Part shown: positions 1 to 10,178 of the stretch, in pieces
How positions within the stretch are numbered: position 1 is the first letter of the stretch
Layout: every line of letters starts with the position of its first letter
Origin: an uncultured delta proteobacterium
GTDB lineage: Bacteria > Myxococcota_A > Polyangia > Polyangiales > Polyangiaceae
NCBI GenBank assembly: GCA_963716725.1
Contig: CAVQUB010000002.1
Span: 349,276 to 413,275 of the forward strand
Length of the DNA stretch: 64,000 nt
Direction of reading: 5' to 3'
Notes under the pieces: model-generated
Database searches by the model: none
Seen by the model: only the letters and a program-made list of their open reading frames with translations
What the model was told of the DNA's origin: nothing
Made by a program: the position numbers and the translations under genes

Positions 1-648
1 CTTGAACTTGGACAGGAGCGCGTTGGCTTCGTCGGCCGGCACGTTCTTGAGGCGATACAAGCGCGTCACGTAGCGATCCGACGCCGGCACGGGCTCGCCC
101 CGGGAGTAGACCGGGGTCGGTGCCGTGACCGAGCCGGCGCTGTCGATGATCTTGAGGAAACGTCCGTGGGGCACCACGGTCATGCCGTTCGCTTCCAGGA
201 TCGACAGGAACGCCTCGTAGGCCTCGGCGAGCGTCACGGCCTCTGGGGAGACCACGGTCGCCTTCACCTGGCGGACCTTCGGGCCGTAGATGAAGCGACG
301 ACCCGTCATGCCGCTGATGTGGTTCACCAACTCGGCGAGATCCGCGTCTTGCAGGTTGAACTTCACCAGGTGCCCGCCCGGCTTGGGGCGATACGGGACG
401 TCCGTCGCCTTGGCGATCTGCTCCATGTTGGCCGGCAGCCCGCCCTTGGCGCCCGGCGGTTCCTTCTCGGCATTGCCCACCGGCGCCGCAGCCGGCTGAC
501 CCGGGGCCGGAATGGCCGGCGTGGCGCGGGGCGCGACCGGGGCGCCCGGCCTCCGCAGTGGCGGCGCTTGCTGAGCTTCAGCCCACGGGGTCGCGAACAG
601 CGCCGAGAGCGCCCAGGCCCCGGCCATCGATACTACCTTGCGCTTCAT
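1..648 (-). CDS. gspD: Type II secretion system secretin GspD, N-terminal part (gene runs off the left edge)
   Basis: Manual minus-strand translation from ATG 648: MKRKVVSMAGAWALSALFATPWAEAQQ... (signal peptide) followed by FNLQDADLAELVNHISGMTGRRFIYGPKV..., a typical secretin N0 domain. ATGA overlap with the gspC stop. Absent from the ORF track because the ORF has no stop inside the window. Confidence 0.8.
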   Translation of the reverse strand, partial: MKRKVVSMAGAWALSALFATPWAEAQQAPPLRRPGAPVAPRATPAIPAPGQPAAAPVGNAEKEPPGAKGGLPANMEQIAKATDVPYRPKPGGHLVKFNLQDADLAELVNHISGMTGRRFIYGPKVRQVKATVVSPEAVTLAEAYEAFLSILEANGMTVVPHGRFLKIIDSAGSVTAPTPVYSRGEPVPASDRYVTRLYRLKNVPADEANALLSKFK

Positions 649-1625
649 CACTTGATCCGAAAGTCGATGCTCATGGGTTTGCCGCGGCGATTGATCTTCA
701 CGTTCAGGTTGCTCGCGGTCCGAAGTCGGGCGTAGGCCTCGAGGGCTTTCTCGGGGCTGGCCATGTTGAAGCCGTTGATGGTCTCGAGCCGGTCACCAGT
801 CTGGAAACCCAGCGTGCCGAGCAGCGTCTCGGGCCGGATCCCGAACAAGCGAATGCCGACGACCTTGCCGTTCTGTTGCTCTGGCACGATGCGAGCCGAG
901 CGCATCAGCTCCGCCTGGTTCTCGAGGATTTTGTCGACGACCGAGCGGTCCACGTTGAACTCCGACTCGCTGACCTTCTGGATCTTGGAGGCGATGTCCG
1001 CCGGCACGCCCTTGGCTCCGCCTCTGGCCGGCGGCGCGTTGGGCGCCGGGGCGGCGACCGCCGGCTGGGGGGCTGGCTGCGCGGCGAAGAGCACGAGCTG
1101 ACACACCGCTCCGCCGTTGCTGAGCCACACCGACGGGCTGTTCTCGCGGGGGTTGTAGCCGATGAACGAGACGTCGTGGGTGCCGACCTTGTCGCCCACG
1201 CGCCGAATGGTCGGGCGCGGCTCGCCGGGCCCTTGCAGCGCCGCGATGGACCAGGTCGGATCGTTCGACTCGGTGATGATGCTGACGCGAATGCCGTCAC
1301 AGCGGCCAACCGCGAGCGGATCGCTGAGATCCGCTGCCGGCAAGGGCAACGAGCTGGTGTCGAGCTCCGTGGCGTTGAGCGGACCGGTCACCGAGTCGAA
1401 GGGGTTGCGCGAGAGGATGGGCTCGGCGCTGCGGGTCGCGACCGAGGTCTCGAAGGGGCGCGCGTTGGGCGCCGGCATCGGCGCCTGGGTCAAAGTCCGC
1501 TCGTCGGCGCCGAGCGAAGCCCCAAAGAGCTTCATGGCGCCGGACGCCTGGAAGTACGCCATGGCCGCCACCAGGGTCAGCACGACCACGGAGAAATACT
1601 TTTTGAGGAGGGCGTCGAATGCCAC
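648..1625 (-). CDS. gspC: Type II secretion system protein GspC-like (N-terminal TM anchor, C-terminal PDZ domain)
   Basis: 325-aa ORF with a TM segment (YFSVVVLTLVAAMAYF). PDZ-like C-terminus (VVGIRLFGIRPETLLGTLGFQTGDRLETINGFNMASPEKALEAY). Translationally coupled to gspD. GTG start. Confidence 0.7.
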   Translation of the reverse strand: MAFDALLKKYFSVVVLTLVAAMAYFQASGAMKLFGASLGADERTLTQAPMPAPNARPFETSVATRSAEPILSRNPFDSVTGPLNATELDTSSLPLPAADLSDPLAVGRCDGIRVSIITESNDPTWSIAALQGPGEPRPTIRRVGDKVGTHDVSFIGYNPRENSPSVWLSNGGAVCQLVLFAAQPAPQPAVAAPAPNAPPARGGAKGVPADIASKIQKVSESEFNVDRSVVDKILENQAELMRSARIVPEQQNGKVVGIRLFGIRPETLLGTLGFQTGDRLETINGFNMASPEKALEAYARLRTASNLNVKINRRGKPMSIDFRIK

Positions 1626-1643
1626 GGCTGCCAGGACCGCTTA

Positions 1644-1660
1644 AAGCCAGAGGCGTGCCA
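1644..1660 (-). promoter_or_regulatory. Sigma-54 (RpoN) -24/-12 promoter candidate for gspC-gspD
   Basis: The minus strand reads TGGCACGCCTCTGGCTT. Consensus is TGGCACG-N4-TTGCW; GG and GC are correctly spaced, with one mismatch in the -12 box. It lies about 20 nt upstream of the gspC start and immediately downstream of a sigma-54-dependent activator gene. Confidence 0.5.
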
Positions 1661-1784
1661 GGGTCAATGGATAAAGAAAGCTCGGGATTTCCTGGCGTTA
1701 CGCAGCAACCAGGAGGGGTTTTTCTCGCCATCCTGGCAGGGCCAGGCCCTCACGCCTGCTCAGTGTGACAAGTTGTCATCGGCT

Positions 1785-3218
<1,434 letters not shown>

Positions 3219-3222
<4 letters not shown>

Positions 3223-4568
3223 CAGACAAGCTGTCTAGGCCTGCGACGTCTCGTCAAGGCCACCCCTGCCAGCGCGAAAGCCAAAACCCCGAGTGATCGT
3301 GGATTTCTGGCCCGGCCCACGCTCGAGCAACCGCAGCCGCCGTCGTCGTCCCCGAGGGTCCTCGTGGTCTGACCGCTGCCGCCTACCCCGGTCGCCCCGC
3401 TGCCACCCACGCCGCTGCCGCTGCCGCCGTTGCCGCCGCTGCCGCTGCTGCCACCGGCCGGCGCCCCGCCCGCGCCCGCCGATCCGCCGCCCGCGCCCGC
3501 CGCGCCGCCCGCCCCCTCCGCACAGCTCACGCTCTTGGGGCTCTGGCTAAGCTCGGTCTCGGGCGCTCCCGTCGAGTCGATGCCGACTGCCCAGACGGTG
3601 TGCGGCTGCCCGTCGAGCAGCGCCGCCGGCGCGGTGATCTCGAAGCCGTGCTCGCATGATCCGATCGCCGCGCACAGGTCCGGGCGATGCACGTTCGCCA
3701 CGGTGGTGATGGGAGTCGCGCCCGCCGCGCCGGGACCGACGTCGATGTAGACGTCGACCTCGATGGCCTTGGTCGGCGCATCTGGATCGTAGGCCCAGCC
3801 GCGGATGGCGGCGCAGTCCGCTTGATCCAGGTAGCCCTGGGGCGGTTGGTTCACCGGCTGCACGCAGGGTCCGGTCGCTTGCAAGAGCTTGATGTCCGCG
3901 CCGTAGAAGAAGCGCAGGATCTTGTCGTAGTCGTAGCCGCCCGAGTTCTCGAGGCAGCGTGCGCTCCACTGCCCCATGCAGCCGCGGTTCTGACCGAAGA
4001 TCGGCTGCGACGGCGGGATGTAGCCGAGCGCCGTCATCTTGACGCCGGCGCCGGTCTTGCCCTCGTTGTACGTGATCCACTTCTCGGTGCTGGACGCGCC
4101 GGAGCCCTTGCAAGCCGGCGGCGGCGGGTCTTTGTCTCCCGCCACGTAGAAGCCGTAGGTCAGCATGCTGTCGTAGGACAGGTAGATGCCGCTGGTCTCC
4201 TTCACCGCCTGAAGGTGCTTGGCCTGGGGCGCGGCGCCGCAGGTGTAGACCTGGCAGCCCTGGCCGTCGCAGATCTTCCCGCTGGTCGCCATGTTGTAAT
4301 ACGCGACCGATCGCGCCGCGATGGCCTGGGCCTTCAGCGCCTCGATGTTGGCGCCGCCGTTCTCGCAGGTGATCACGTGGGGCAGGTAGTCGGTCTCGGT
4401 GTCTTTGTTCACACCGTTGACGTTGATCTGACAGTACGCAGCGGCCAGCGGCGCCTTGACCGCCTCGCGGATCGTGCCGAGGCCCTCGAGGTCGCGATCG
4501 TCACCGCAACCCGCTGCCGCGAATGACGCGAATGAAACCAAGACGAGGAGCGGGGCGGCGCGGCGCAT
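3219..4568 (-). CDS. Secreted SpoIID/LytB-domain protein with Gly-rich linker and MYXO-CTERM-type sorting tail
   Basis: Lipoprotein-type signal (LLVLVSFASFAAAGC). SpoIID-like core (EALKAQAIAARSVAYYN..., QVYTCG, IYLSYD). C-terminus is GAGGAAGAGGGSAGAGG...GGCGCSSVGRA...LAFALAGVALTRRRR. Confidence 0.75.
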
Positions 4569-4606
4569 CGATGCGCGAGGTTAGCGCGGGAGGGGGCCGA
4601 AGTGCC

Positions 4607-4822
4607 ATGGCCGAGGGCCCCGGACCTCACGCACGCGGCGAACTCGCCCTCGCGGTGGACACGACGACGGACAGCTGGGAACCGCTGCCGCTCGATGAAT
4701 GCTCCCCGGAACCGCGGAGTGATGCCACCTTCACCGCCTTCGGCGACGGGAAGAGCGCGCTGCTCTGGGGCGGCTTCACGCCTGATTTGGCCGTCGAACA
4801 GGGCTGGCTGTTCACGCCCTGA
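4607..4822 (+). CDS. Small ORF resembling the last blade of a Kelch-repeat protein (possible gene remnant)
   Basis: High-GC3 frame with a GGGAGGGGG Shine-Dalgarno-like run about 10 nt upstream of ATG 4607. The sequence ...DSWEPLPLDECSPEPRSDATFTAFGDGKSALLWGGF... is Kelch-blade-like. Too short for a propeller. Confidence 0.3.
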   Translation: MAEGPGPHARGELALAVDTTTDSWEPLPLDECSPEPRSDATFTAFGDGKSALLWGGFTPDLAVEQGWLFTP

Positions 4823-4843
4823 CTCCGCGCTCTCTGCTTGCCC

Positions 4844-5401
4844 TCAGCGCACCAGCTTCGAAACCTGCTTGAAGGCGTCGCCGCTGGCCTGCGCGAGCCA
4901 ATCGAAGACGATGGTCTCGCTGGTGGTCCGGACGGCGCCGGCCTTCTCGCAGAGAGCGAGCCCGACCTCGCGATGATCCTCCTGGCGTGACGAGACACCG
5001 TCGACCGGTACGTACACCTCGAGGCCGCGCGCTACGAGATCGCGGACGGTTTGGTACACGCAGACGTGGGTCTCCATGCCGAGGACGACCGCGGCCTTCG
5101 CTCCAGTCGCCGTGAGTCGCTCGGCGAACCCGCTCGCACCGCAGGCGCTGAAGTCCAGCTTCTCGAAGCAGGGCGCCTCCACCGATTTCAACAGCTCTGA
5201 GATGGTCGGCAGCGTCGGGCCGAGCCCCTTGGGGTACTGCTCCGTGGCCAGCACCGGCGCACCGAGCAACCTGGCGGACTCGATCAAGATGCGCGCCGAT
5301 CGTTCCACGCGCGCCAGCTGCTCCGGAGGCATGGCCGCTGCGAGACGTTCTTGGATGTCGACGACGATGACGGCGGTGGTCTTGGGGTCGAGGCGCTGCA
5401 T
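4844..5401 (-). CDS. Isochorismatase-family cysteine hydrolase
   Basis: 185 aa. TAVIVVDIQERL..., LATEQYPKGLG, VVLGMETHVCVYQTVRDL (catalytic Cys context) are typical of the isochorismatase/YcaC family. Confidence 0.85.
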   Translation of the reverse strand: MQRLDPKTTAVIVVDIQERLAAAMPPEQLARVERSARILIESARLLGAPVLATEQYPKGLGPTLPTISELLKSVEAPCFEKLDFSACGASGFAERLTATGAKAAVVLGMETHVCVYQTVRDLVARGLEVYVPVDGVSSRQEDHREVGLALCEKAGAVRTTSETIVFDWLAQASGDAFKQVSKLVR

Positions 5402-5433
5402 GCGGGCTGTCTACCTCGGCTCGGCCGCGGCTG

Positions 5434-5859
5434 TCAGGTCCAGGCGCCCGCGAGGGCCCTGCGAAGATCCGAGCGCAGCTCGAAGGAGGCAATGGCCCGG
5501 CCTTCGGCATCCACGAGCTCGGCGGAGATGGTGCTCGCTGACGCGAGAAACCCAGCCAGGCCGCGACTTCGTGCCCCGTGGAAGCGGCACCGCGTGCCGT
5601 CCGGCAAGCACAGATCGAGGTCGTAGGCCGCCGCCAGCGGCAGCCAATGATCGAAGGTGATCCGACCGTGCACGGGCTGTGGGTCGAAGAGGCCCCTGGC
5701 CTCGAGCGCTCCCTCGACGGCGATGCTCCGCCCGAGTCCGGGCAACAAGCGCGGGCGTGTGCCGCGGAGCTCGAGGCTCGCCGGCGCAGCGCTGCCGGTC
5801 GTTCCAGCGCGCCGGTAGTGACCCACCAGCGTCTGCCGGAACGGCTCGAGACCGATCAC
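5434..5859 (-). CDS. Hypothetical protein (about 141 aa), coupled to the upstream ferredoxin gene
   Basis: This is the 3' part of track ORF 5434..6705. GTG 5859 overlaps the ferredoxin stop (GTGA). GC3 is coding-like. No recognisable motif. Confidence 0.4.
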   Translation of the reverse strand: MIGLEPFRQTLVGHYRRAGTTGSAAPASLELRGTRPRLLPGLGRSIAVEGALEARGLFDPQPVHGRITFDHWLPLAAAYDLDLCLPDGTRCRFHGARSRGLAGFLASASTISAELVDAEGRAIASFELRSDLRRALAGAWT

Positions 5860-6194
5860 TTGCCCGGCTCTCCGAAGTCGTCGGGGCCGAGCACCAAGCG
5901 CTCGACGCGTTCCCCCCGCTCGAGCGCGTCGACGATCTCTTGCAGATCTTCCTGCTGAACCCGACCGTACATGAAATGATCCGGCTCGACGGCGATGGCT
6001 GGCCCCGCCCAGCACGCATCGAGGCAGCTCGAGGTGCATACGCGCGCCTCGACCTTGGCGAGCCCGCGCTCCTCGACCAGCGCCTTGAGCCGTGCGTGCA
6101 GCTCGACCGAGCCGCGGGCGGCGCAGCAGCCCTTGGGCGTGCCGTCCGGCCGGCGGTTGACGCACACGAACAGGTAGCGCTTGCGATGAGACAT
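5856..6194 (-). CDS. Thioredoxin-like (2Fe-2S) ferredoxin-domain protein
   Basis: MSHRKRYLFVCVNRRPDGTPKGCCAARGS...VCTSSCLDACWAGPAIAV matches the Cys pattern and sequence of thioredoxin-like [2Fe-2S] ferredoxins. ATG 6194 is preferred over TTG 6233. Confidence 0.7.
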   Translation of the reverse strand: MSHRKRYLFVCVNRRPDGTPKGCCAARGSVELHARLKALVEERGLAKVEARVCTSSCLDACWAGPAIAVEPDHFMYGRVQQEDLQEIVDALERGERVERLVLGPDDFGEPGK

Positions 6195-6250
6195 GGCCGG
6201 ACGAGCCTGACGCGCGCGCAGGCTCCCGGTCAAGCGGGTAGGATGACCGC

Positions 6251-7393
6251 GTGCTGGTGTTCGACGACTTGACGGTGCCGCGGCCCGAGAGCGACACCGC
6301 TCGGCGCCTCTTCGGCGAATACTTGCGGCATGTCGCCCGGCACTTTTTCGCGCTCGGCGCCGCCAGCCCGCCGTTGTCGGAGGTCGTCGCTTTCGCCGGG
6401 GACCGACTTCGCAGCGCTCCCGGCGCGGTCTTCGCGGCGCTCCGCCAGCCCACGGTCAGCGTGCTCGTGCGACTGATCGACGGCGCAGCAACACCGAACG
6501 CGACGTGGAACAAGGAGCTGGCAGCGCTCGTGTTGCTCGAGCTGGCGCTGGCGGGAGAGCTACCGCCGCGTGAGATCGTGATCGACTGCCCATCACTCCT
6601 GTGCCTCGCCGGAGCCGGTCGAGCGCTTGACTTGCCGCCGGGCACTCGGCTGTCCGCTGGGCCATCGGGCGTGCGGTTCGACGGCCGCGACTTCGACCTC
6701 GGCATCGACGACGCTGCGGCGCTCGACGCCTATCACCCGATCGAGAGCGGCATCGTGCTCGCGACCGTCGACAACAACCCGTTGGCCCACGTCGAGGCTC
6801 ACCCGGAGAAGGCCGGCAATCGCGTCGATCTCGGAGAAAGAGGCCCGACGGAGTGGGTCGGATCTCTGTGCGCAGCGCTGAGCATCGTGCGGAGCCGCTT
6901 TCCCGAGATGGCCAGGGAGATCGAGCTCGGAGTCCGCCTCGTGGTGCCCGTCGGCTACTCCGAGGAGCGGCACGACTCCGCTTCCTACTCCGAAGCGGTG
7001 GGCACCATCTACTCGTCGCTCCACTCAGACCCGCTGATCATGGCCGAGGCGTTGGTGCACGAGCACTCGCACGGCAAGCTCAACGCGCTGTCGGCCCTCG
7101 CTCCCCTGCTGCACAATCCCGACGGCGCGTTCCATTCGCCCTTGCGTCCCGATCCGCGGCCGCTCTCGGGAGTGCTGCTCGCCGCCCACGCCCTCGTGTC
7201 GATCGCCGCCTTGCACCAGCGCTTGCGCGCAGCCAAGGACCCGCTGGCGTGCACTCCGCGCGCACAACGGCGCTTCCACGAGGTCGTCGAGCAGGGGCGC
7301 GTGGCGACTCAGACCCTGATCGAGGACGCGCGGCCAACGCCGGCGGGTGCCGCCCTGTTCGGCGAGCTCGAACGTTGGCTCCGAGCCGATTGA
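6251..7393 (+). CDS. HExxH-motif protein resembling the TIGR04267 / alphaKG-HExxH peptide beta-hydroxylase family
   Basis: 380 aa, GTG start. The motif AEALVHEHSHGKLNALS matches the HExxHxKLxAL signature I associate with HEXXH-motif peptide-modification proteins. No TM segment or signal peptide. Confidence 0.5.
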   Translation: MLVFDDLTVPRPESDTARRLFGEYLRHVARHFFALGAASPPLSEVVAFAGDRLRSAPGAVFAALRQPTVSVLVRLIDGAATPNATWNKELAALVLLELALAGELPPREIVIDCPSLLCLAGAGRALDLPPGTRLSAGPSGVRFDGRDFDLGIDDAAALDAYHPIESGIVLATVDNNPLAHVEAHPEKAGNRVDLGERGPTEWVGSLCAALSIVRSRFPEMAREIELGVRLVVPVGYSEERHDSASYSEAVGTIYSSLHSDPLIMAEALVHEHSHGKLNALSALAPLLHNPDGAFHSPLRPDPRPLSGVLLAAHALVSIAALHQRLRAAKDPLACTPRAQRRFHEVVEQGRVATQTLIEDARPTPAGAALFGELERWLRAD

Positions 7394-7534
7394 ATTCGCG
7401 CTGGCTGCGAACCCATCGCCCTCGATCGCGGCTCCAACCGGCGTGAATCGACACCCATGTCCATTGGGTCCGGCGTCGCTTGCGCGGATCGCTGGAGTCG
7501 GCGCAAGCGCTGCGCAATTTCGAGGAGTCCCATC

Positions 7535-8770
7535 GTGAAACACCTGCTGATTCTGGGAGCGGGGACCGCCGGCACCATGATCGCCAACCGGATGGTGAAG
7601 AAGCTCCCCCACAAGGAGTGGCAGATCACCGTGGTCGACCCCGACGCCACCCACCTGTACCAGCCTGGGCTCTTGTTTTTGCCCTTCGGCAACCACGACG
7701 AAGCCGAGTTGGTGCGCGCGCGCGCCGCGACCCTCGACGACCGGGTGCACTGGAATCGGCAGTCGGTGGTCGAAATCGACACCCAGGCCCGCAGCGTCGG
7801 CCTCGATGACAGCACCCGCTTGCCCTACGACCTGTTGGTGGTCGCCAGCGGCAGTCGCATCCGACCGGATCTCACCGAAGGACTGCTCGGCGACGCCTGG
7901 CAGCGCAGCATCTTCGACTTCTACACGCTGGACGGCGCGGTGAAGCTCCGGGACGCCTTCGCGCAGTTCCGCGGGGGCCGTGTGGTCATCAACCTGGTGG
8001 AGCTGCCCATCAAATGCCCAGTCGCTCCCCTCGAGTTCGCGTTTCTGGCCGACGAGTTCTTCGAAAAGCAAGGCATTCGCGGCGACGTGGAGCTCACCTA
8101 CGTCACGCCGCTCGATGGTGCCTTCACCAAGCCCATCGCGTCCGCTCGCTTGGACCACTTGCTGGCAGAAAAGAAGGTGAAGGTGGTGACCGAGTTTTCC
8201 ACGGGCAGCGTGACGGACCACGACCTCGTGAGCTACGACGAACGTCGCGTCCCCTTCGACCTGCTGGTGACCATCCCGACGCACTCCGGCGCGAACTTCG
8301 TCGAGCGCTCGGGGCTCGGCAACGAACTCGCGTTCATCCCCACCGACCACCACTCGCTGGTCGCCAAGGGCCTCGACAACGTGTTCGTGGTGGGCGACGC
8401 CACCGACGTTCCGGCGTCCAAGGCCGGATCGGTAGCGCACTTCGAGGCGGAGACCTTGATCGAGAATCTGGAACGCGCCGCCACCGGCCGGGAGCTCGTC
8501 TCCACCTTCGACGGGCACGCCAACTGCTTCGTCGAAACCGGCGGCGGCAAGGCGCTGCTCATCGACTTCAACTACGACGTCGAGCCACTCCCCGGAAAGT
8601 ACCCGCTCCCGGGCGTTGGCCCCTTCAGTCTGCTCACTGAGAGCAAGCTGAACCACCAGGGCAAGCTCGCCTTCCGCTGGATCTATTGGAACGGCCTCTT
8701 GCCCGGAAAACCCATCCCCGTGCCGGCACGCATGAGCATGGCCGGCAAAGAACAACCCGACGCCCACTGA
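7535..8770 (+). CDS. FAD-dependent pyridine nucleotide-disulfide oxidoreductase, sulfide:quinone oxidoreductase-like
   Basis: VKHLLILGAGTAGTMIANRM (Rossmann GxGxxG) followed by VVDPDATHLYQPGLLFLPFG, as in the SQR-like family. GAGGAG lies 7 nt upstream of GTG 7535. The track ORF starts further upstream at 7457. Confidence 0.75.
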   Translation: MKHLLILGAGTAGTMIANRMVKKLPHKEWQITVVDPDATHLYQPGLLFLPFGNHDEAELVRARAATLDDRVHWNRQSVVEIDTQARSVGLDDSTRLPYDLLVVASGSRIRPDLTEGLLGDAWQRSIFDFYTLDGAVKLRDAFAQFRGGRVVINLVELPIKCPVAPLEFAFLADEFFEKQGIRGDVELTYVTPLDGAFTKPIASARLDHLLAEKKVKVVTEFSTGSVTDHDLVSYDERRVPFDLLVTIPTHSGANFVERSGLGNELAFIPTDHHSLVAKGLDNVFVVGDATDVPASKAGSVAHFEAETLIENLERAATGRELVSTFDGHANCFVETGGGKALLIDFNYDVEPLPGKYPLPGVGPFSLLTESKLNHQGKLAFRWIYWNGLLPGKPIPVPARMSMAGKEQPDAH

Positions 8771-8795
8771 GGGCGAGAACTGGAGAACGACTGAC

Positions 8796-9113
8796 ATGAC
8801 AACCAAGACCTATGCCGGCGTCAGCGTCGAGGTCGACGACGGCGGGTTTCTGAAGAACTCCGCCGACTGGAACCCCGAGCTGGCCAAGGCCATCGCGGCG
8901 GAGGTCGGCATTCCCGCGCTCACCGACAAACACTGGAAGGTGGTCGATTTCGCGCGCCAAGACACCGCTGCACAAGGGCAGTCCCCGGGTCCGCGACGCA
9001 TCGTGGCCTCCGCGGGCGTGACCATGAAGGAGCTCTACGAGCTCTTCCCCAAAGGCCCCGGCAAGCTCATCGCTCGCGTCGCCGGCGTGCCCAAGCCCAA
9101 AGCCTGCGTCTGA
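8796..9113 (+). CDS. TusE/DsrC-family sulfur-relay protein (TusE-type: only the terminal Cys present)
   Basis: 105 aa. GFLKNSADWNPELAKAIA..., LTDKHWKVVDFAR, and a C-terminal ...GVPKPKACV. The second DsrC cysteine (11 residues upstream) is Ala here. Confidence 0.8.
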   Translation: MTTKTYAGVSVEVDDGGFLKNSADWNPELAKAIAAEVGIPALTDKHWKVVDFARQDTAAQGQSPGPRRIVASAGVTMKELYELFPKGPGKLIARVAGVPKPKACV

Positions 9114-9132
9114 GACCGACACGGAGCTCACC

Positions 9133-9600
9133 ATGGAAAACGGAACCCGAAAGCTCGCCATCATCTGCTCGAAGGGCAGCCTCGACATGGCCTACCCCGG
9201 ACTCATCTTGGCCAACGCCGCCCGCATGGCCGGTCATGACGCCATGATCTTCTTTACCTTCTGGGGCTTGGACATCGTGAACGACAAGAAGGTGGACCAC
9301 TTGCACATGTCCCCCCTCGGCAATCCCTCCATGCCCATCCCAGCGATGATCGCCGGGCTGCCGGGCATGGAAGCCCTCGCGACCAAGATGATGGTCAGCG
9401 AAATGGACAAACTCGAGATCCCCCGCGTCCGGGAGTTGCTCGAGAACCTCCACGACGCCGGCGCTGAACTCTACGCCTGTCAAATGGCGATGGATATGTT
9501 CAAGCTCGAGAGGACCCAGCTGGTGCCGCAGGTCAAGGACGTCATCTCGGCGATGGACTTCATCGACAAGACCGAAGGCGCGCAGGTCATCTTCGTGTAG
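9133..9600 (+). CDS. DsrE/DsrF-like family protein (COG2210-type)
   Basis: 155 aa. KLAIICSKGSLDMAYPGLILANAA...IFFTFWGLD...ELYACQMAMDMF is characteristic of the DsrE-like sulfur-transferase fold. Confidence 0.75.
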   Translation: MENGTRKLAIICSKGSLDMAYPGLILANAARMAGHDAMIFFTFWGLDIVNDKKVDHLHMSPLGNPSMPIPAMIAGLPGMEALATKMMVSEMDKLEIPRVRELLENLHDAGAELYACQMAMDMFKLERTQLVPQVKDVISAMDFIDKTEGAQVIFV

Positions 9601-9680
9601 CGCGCCCCGACCCCAGGGCGATCATCGTGGGATCCGCCCGGGAGCTTGCCTCCGGCTGCCAGCGGCACGATGAGGGATTC

Positions 9681-10172
9681 ATGAACGCGCCGAGCACCGA
9701 CAAACCCAAAGCTGCCGCTGAAGCGAAACCCACCGGGTCCCGGGCTCGGACCGTCTCCATCGGGCTCGCCGCCGCGGTAGTCGCTCTCGGTGGGGCCTAC
9801 GGCACCGGCCGCTATCAAGGCATGCTCACCACCGACGCCGCCAAGAAGCTGGCCGCCGATCACGACGCAGAGAAGAAGCACGCCACCACCGAGCTCGACG
9901 CACAGCGGGAGCGAGCCACCCGCCTGGAGGCGAGGCGGCGGCTGGATCAGGCACTGCGCTCGGTCGATGAACGCAACTTCGGCCTCGCAGAGGGGCACCT
10001 CGCCACGGCCAGGGTGCTGCTCGGTCGTGCCAAGGGCAACGACGCGCTCGACAAGCTCGCCGCCGACATCGGTGAGGCCAAGCTGCCGGCCACAGACAAT
10101 CTCGCGACGACCCGGCGCAAGCTGCTGGGCTACCTCGAGACCTTCGACGGCGCCGTGCCGCTCGCCCAGTGA
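9681..10172 (+). CDS. Hypothetical membrane-anchored helical protein
   Basis: ATG 9681 (MNAPSTDKPK...). One TM segment (VSIGLAAAVVALGGAY) followed by charged helical sequence. Confidence 0.45.
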   Translation: MNAPSTDKPKAAAEAKPTGSRARTVSIGLAAAVVALGGAYGTGRYQGMLTTDAAKKLAADHDAEKKHATTELDAQRERATRLEARRRLDQALRSVDERNFGLAEGHLATARVLLGRAKGNDALDKLAADIGEAKLPATDNLATTRRKLLGYLETFDGAVPLAQ

Positions 10173-10178
10173 CGTCGC

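Noticed and set aside
5860-6705. Upstream about 280 codons of track ORF 5434..6705
   Set aside because: It overlaps the ferredoxin gene and the antisense of the HExxH gene, and its composition is Arg/Ala/Ser-rich junk. Only the last about 141 codons, starting at the GTGA junction, are kept.
7025-8806. 593-aa minus-strand ORF
   Set aside because: It is antisense to the SQR-like flavoprotein gene, which has clear Rossmann motifs. No motifs were seen, so this is a shadow ORF.
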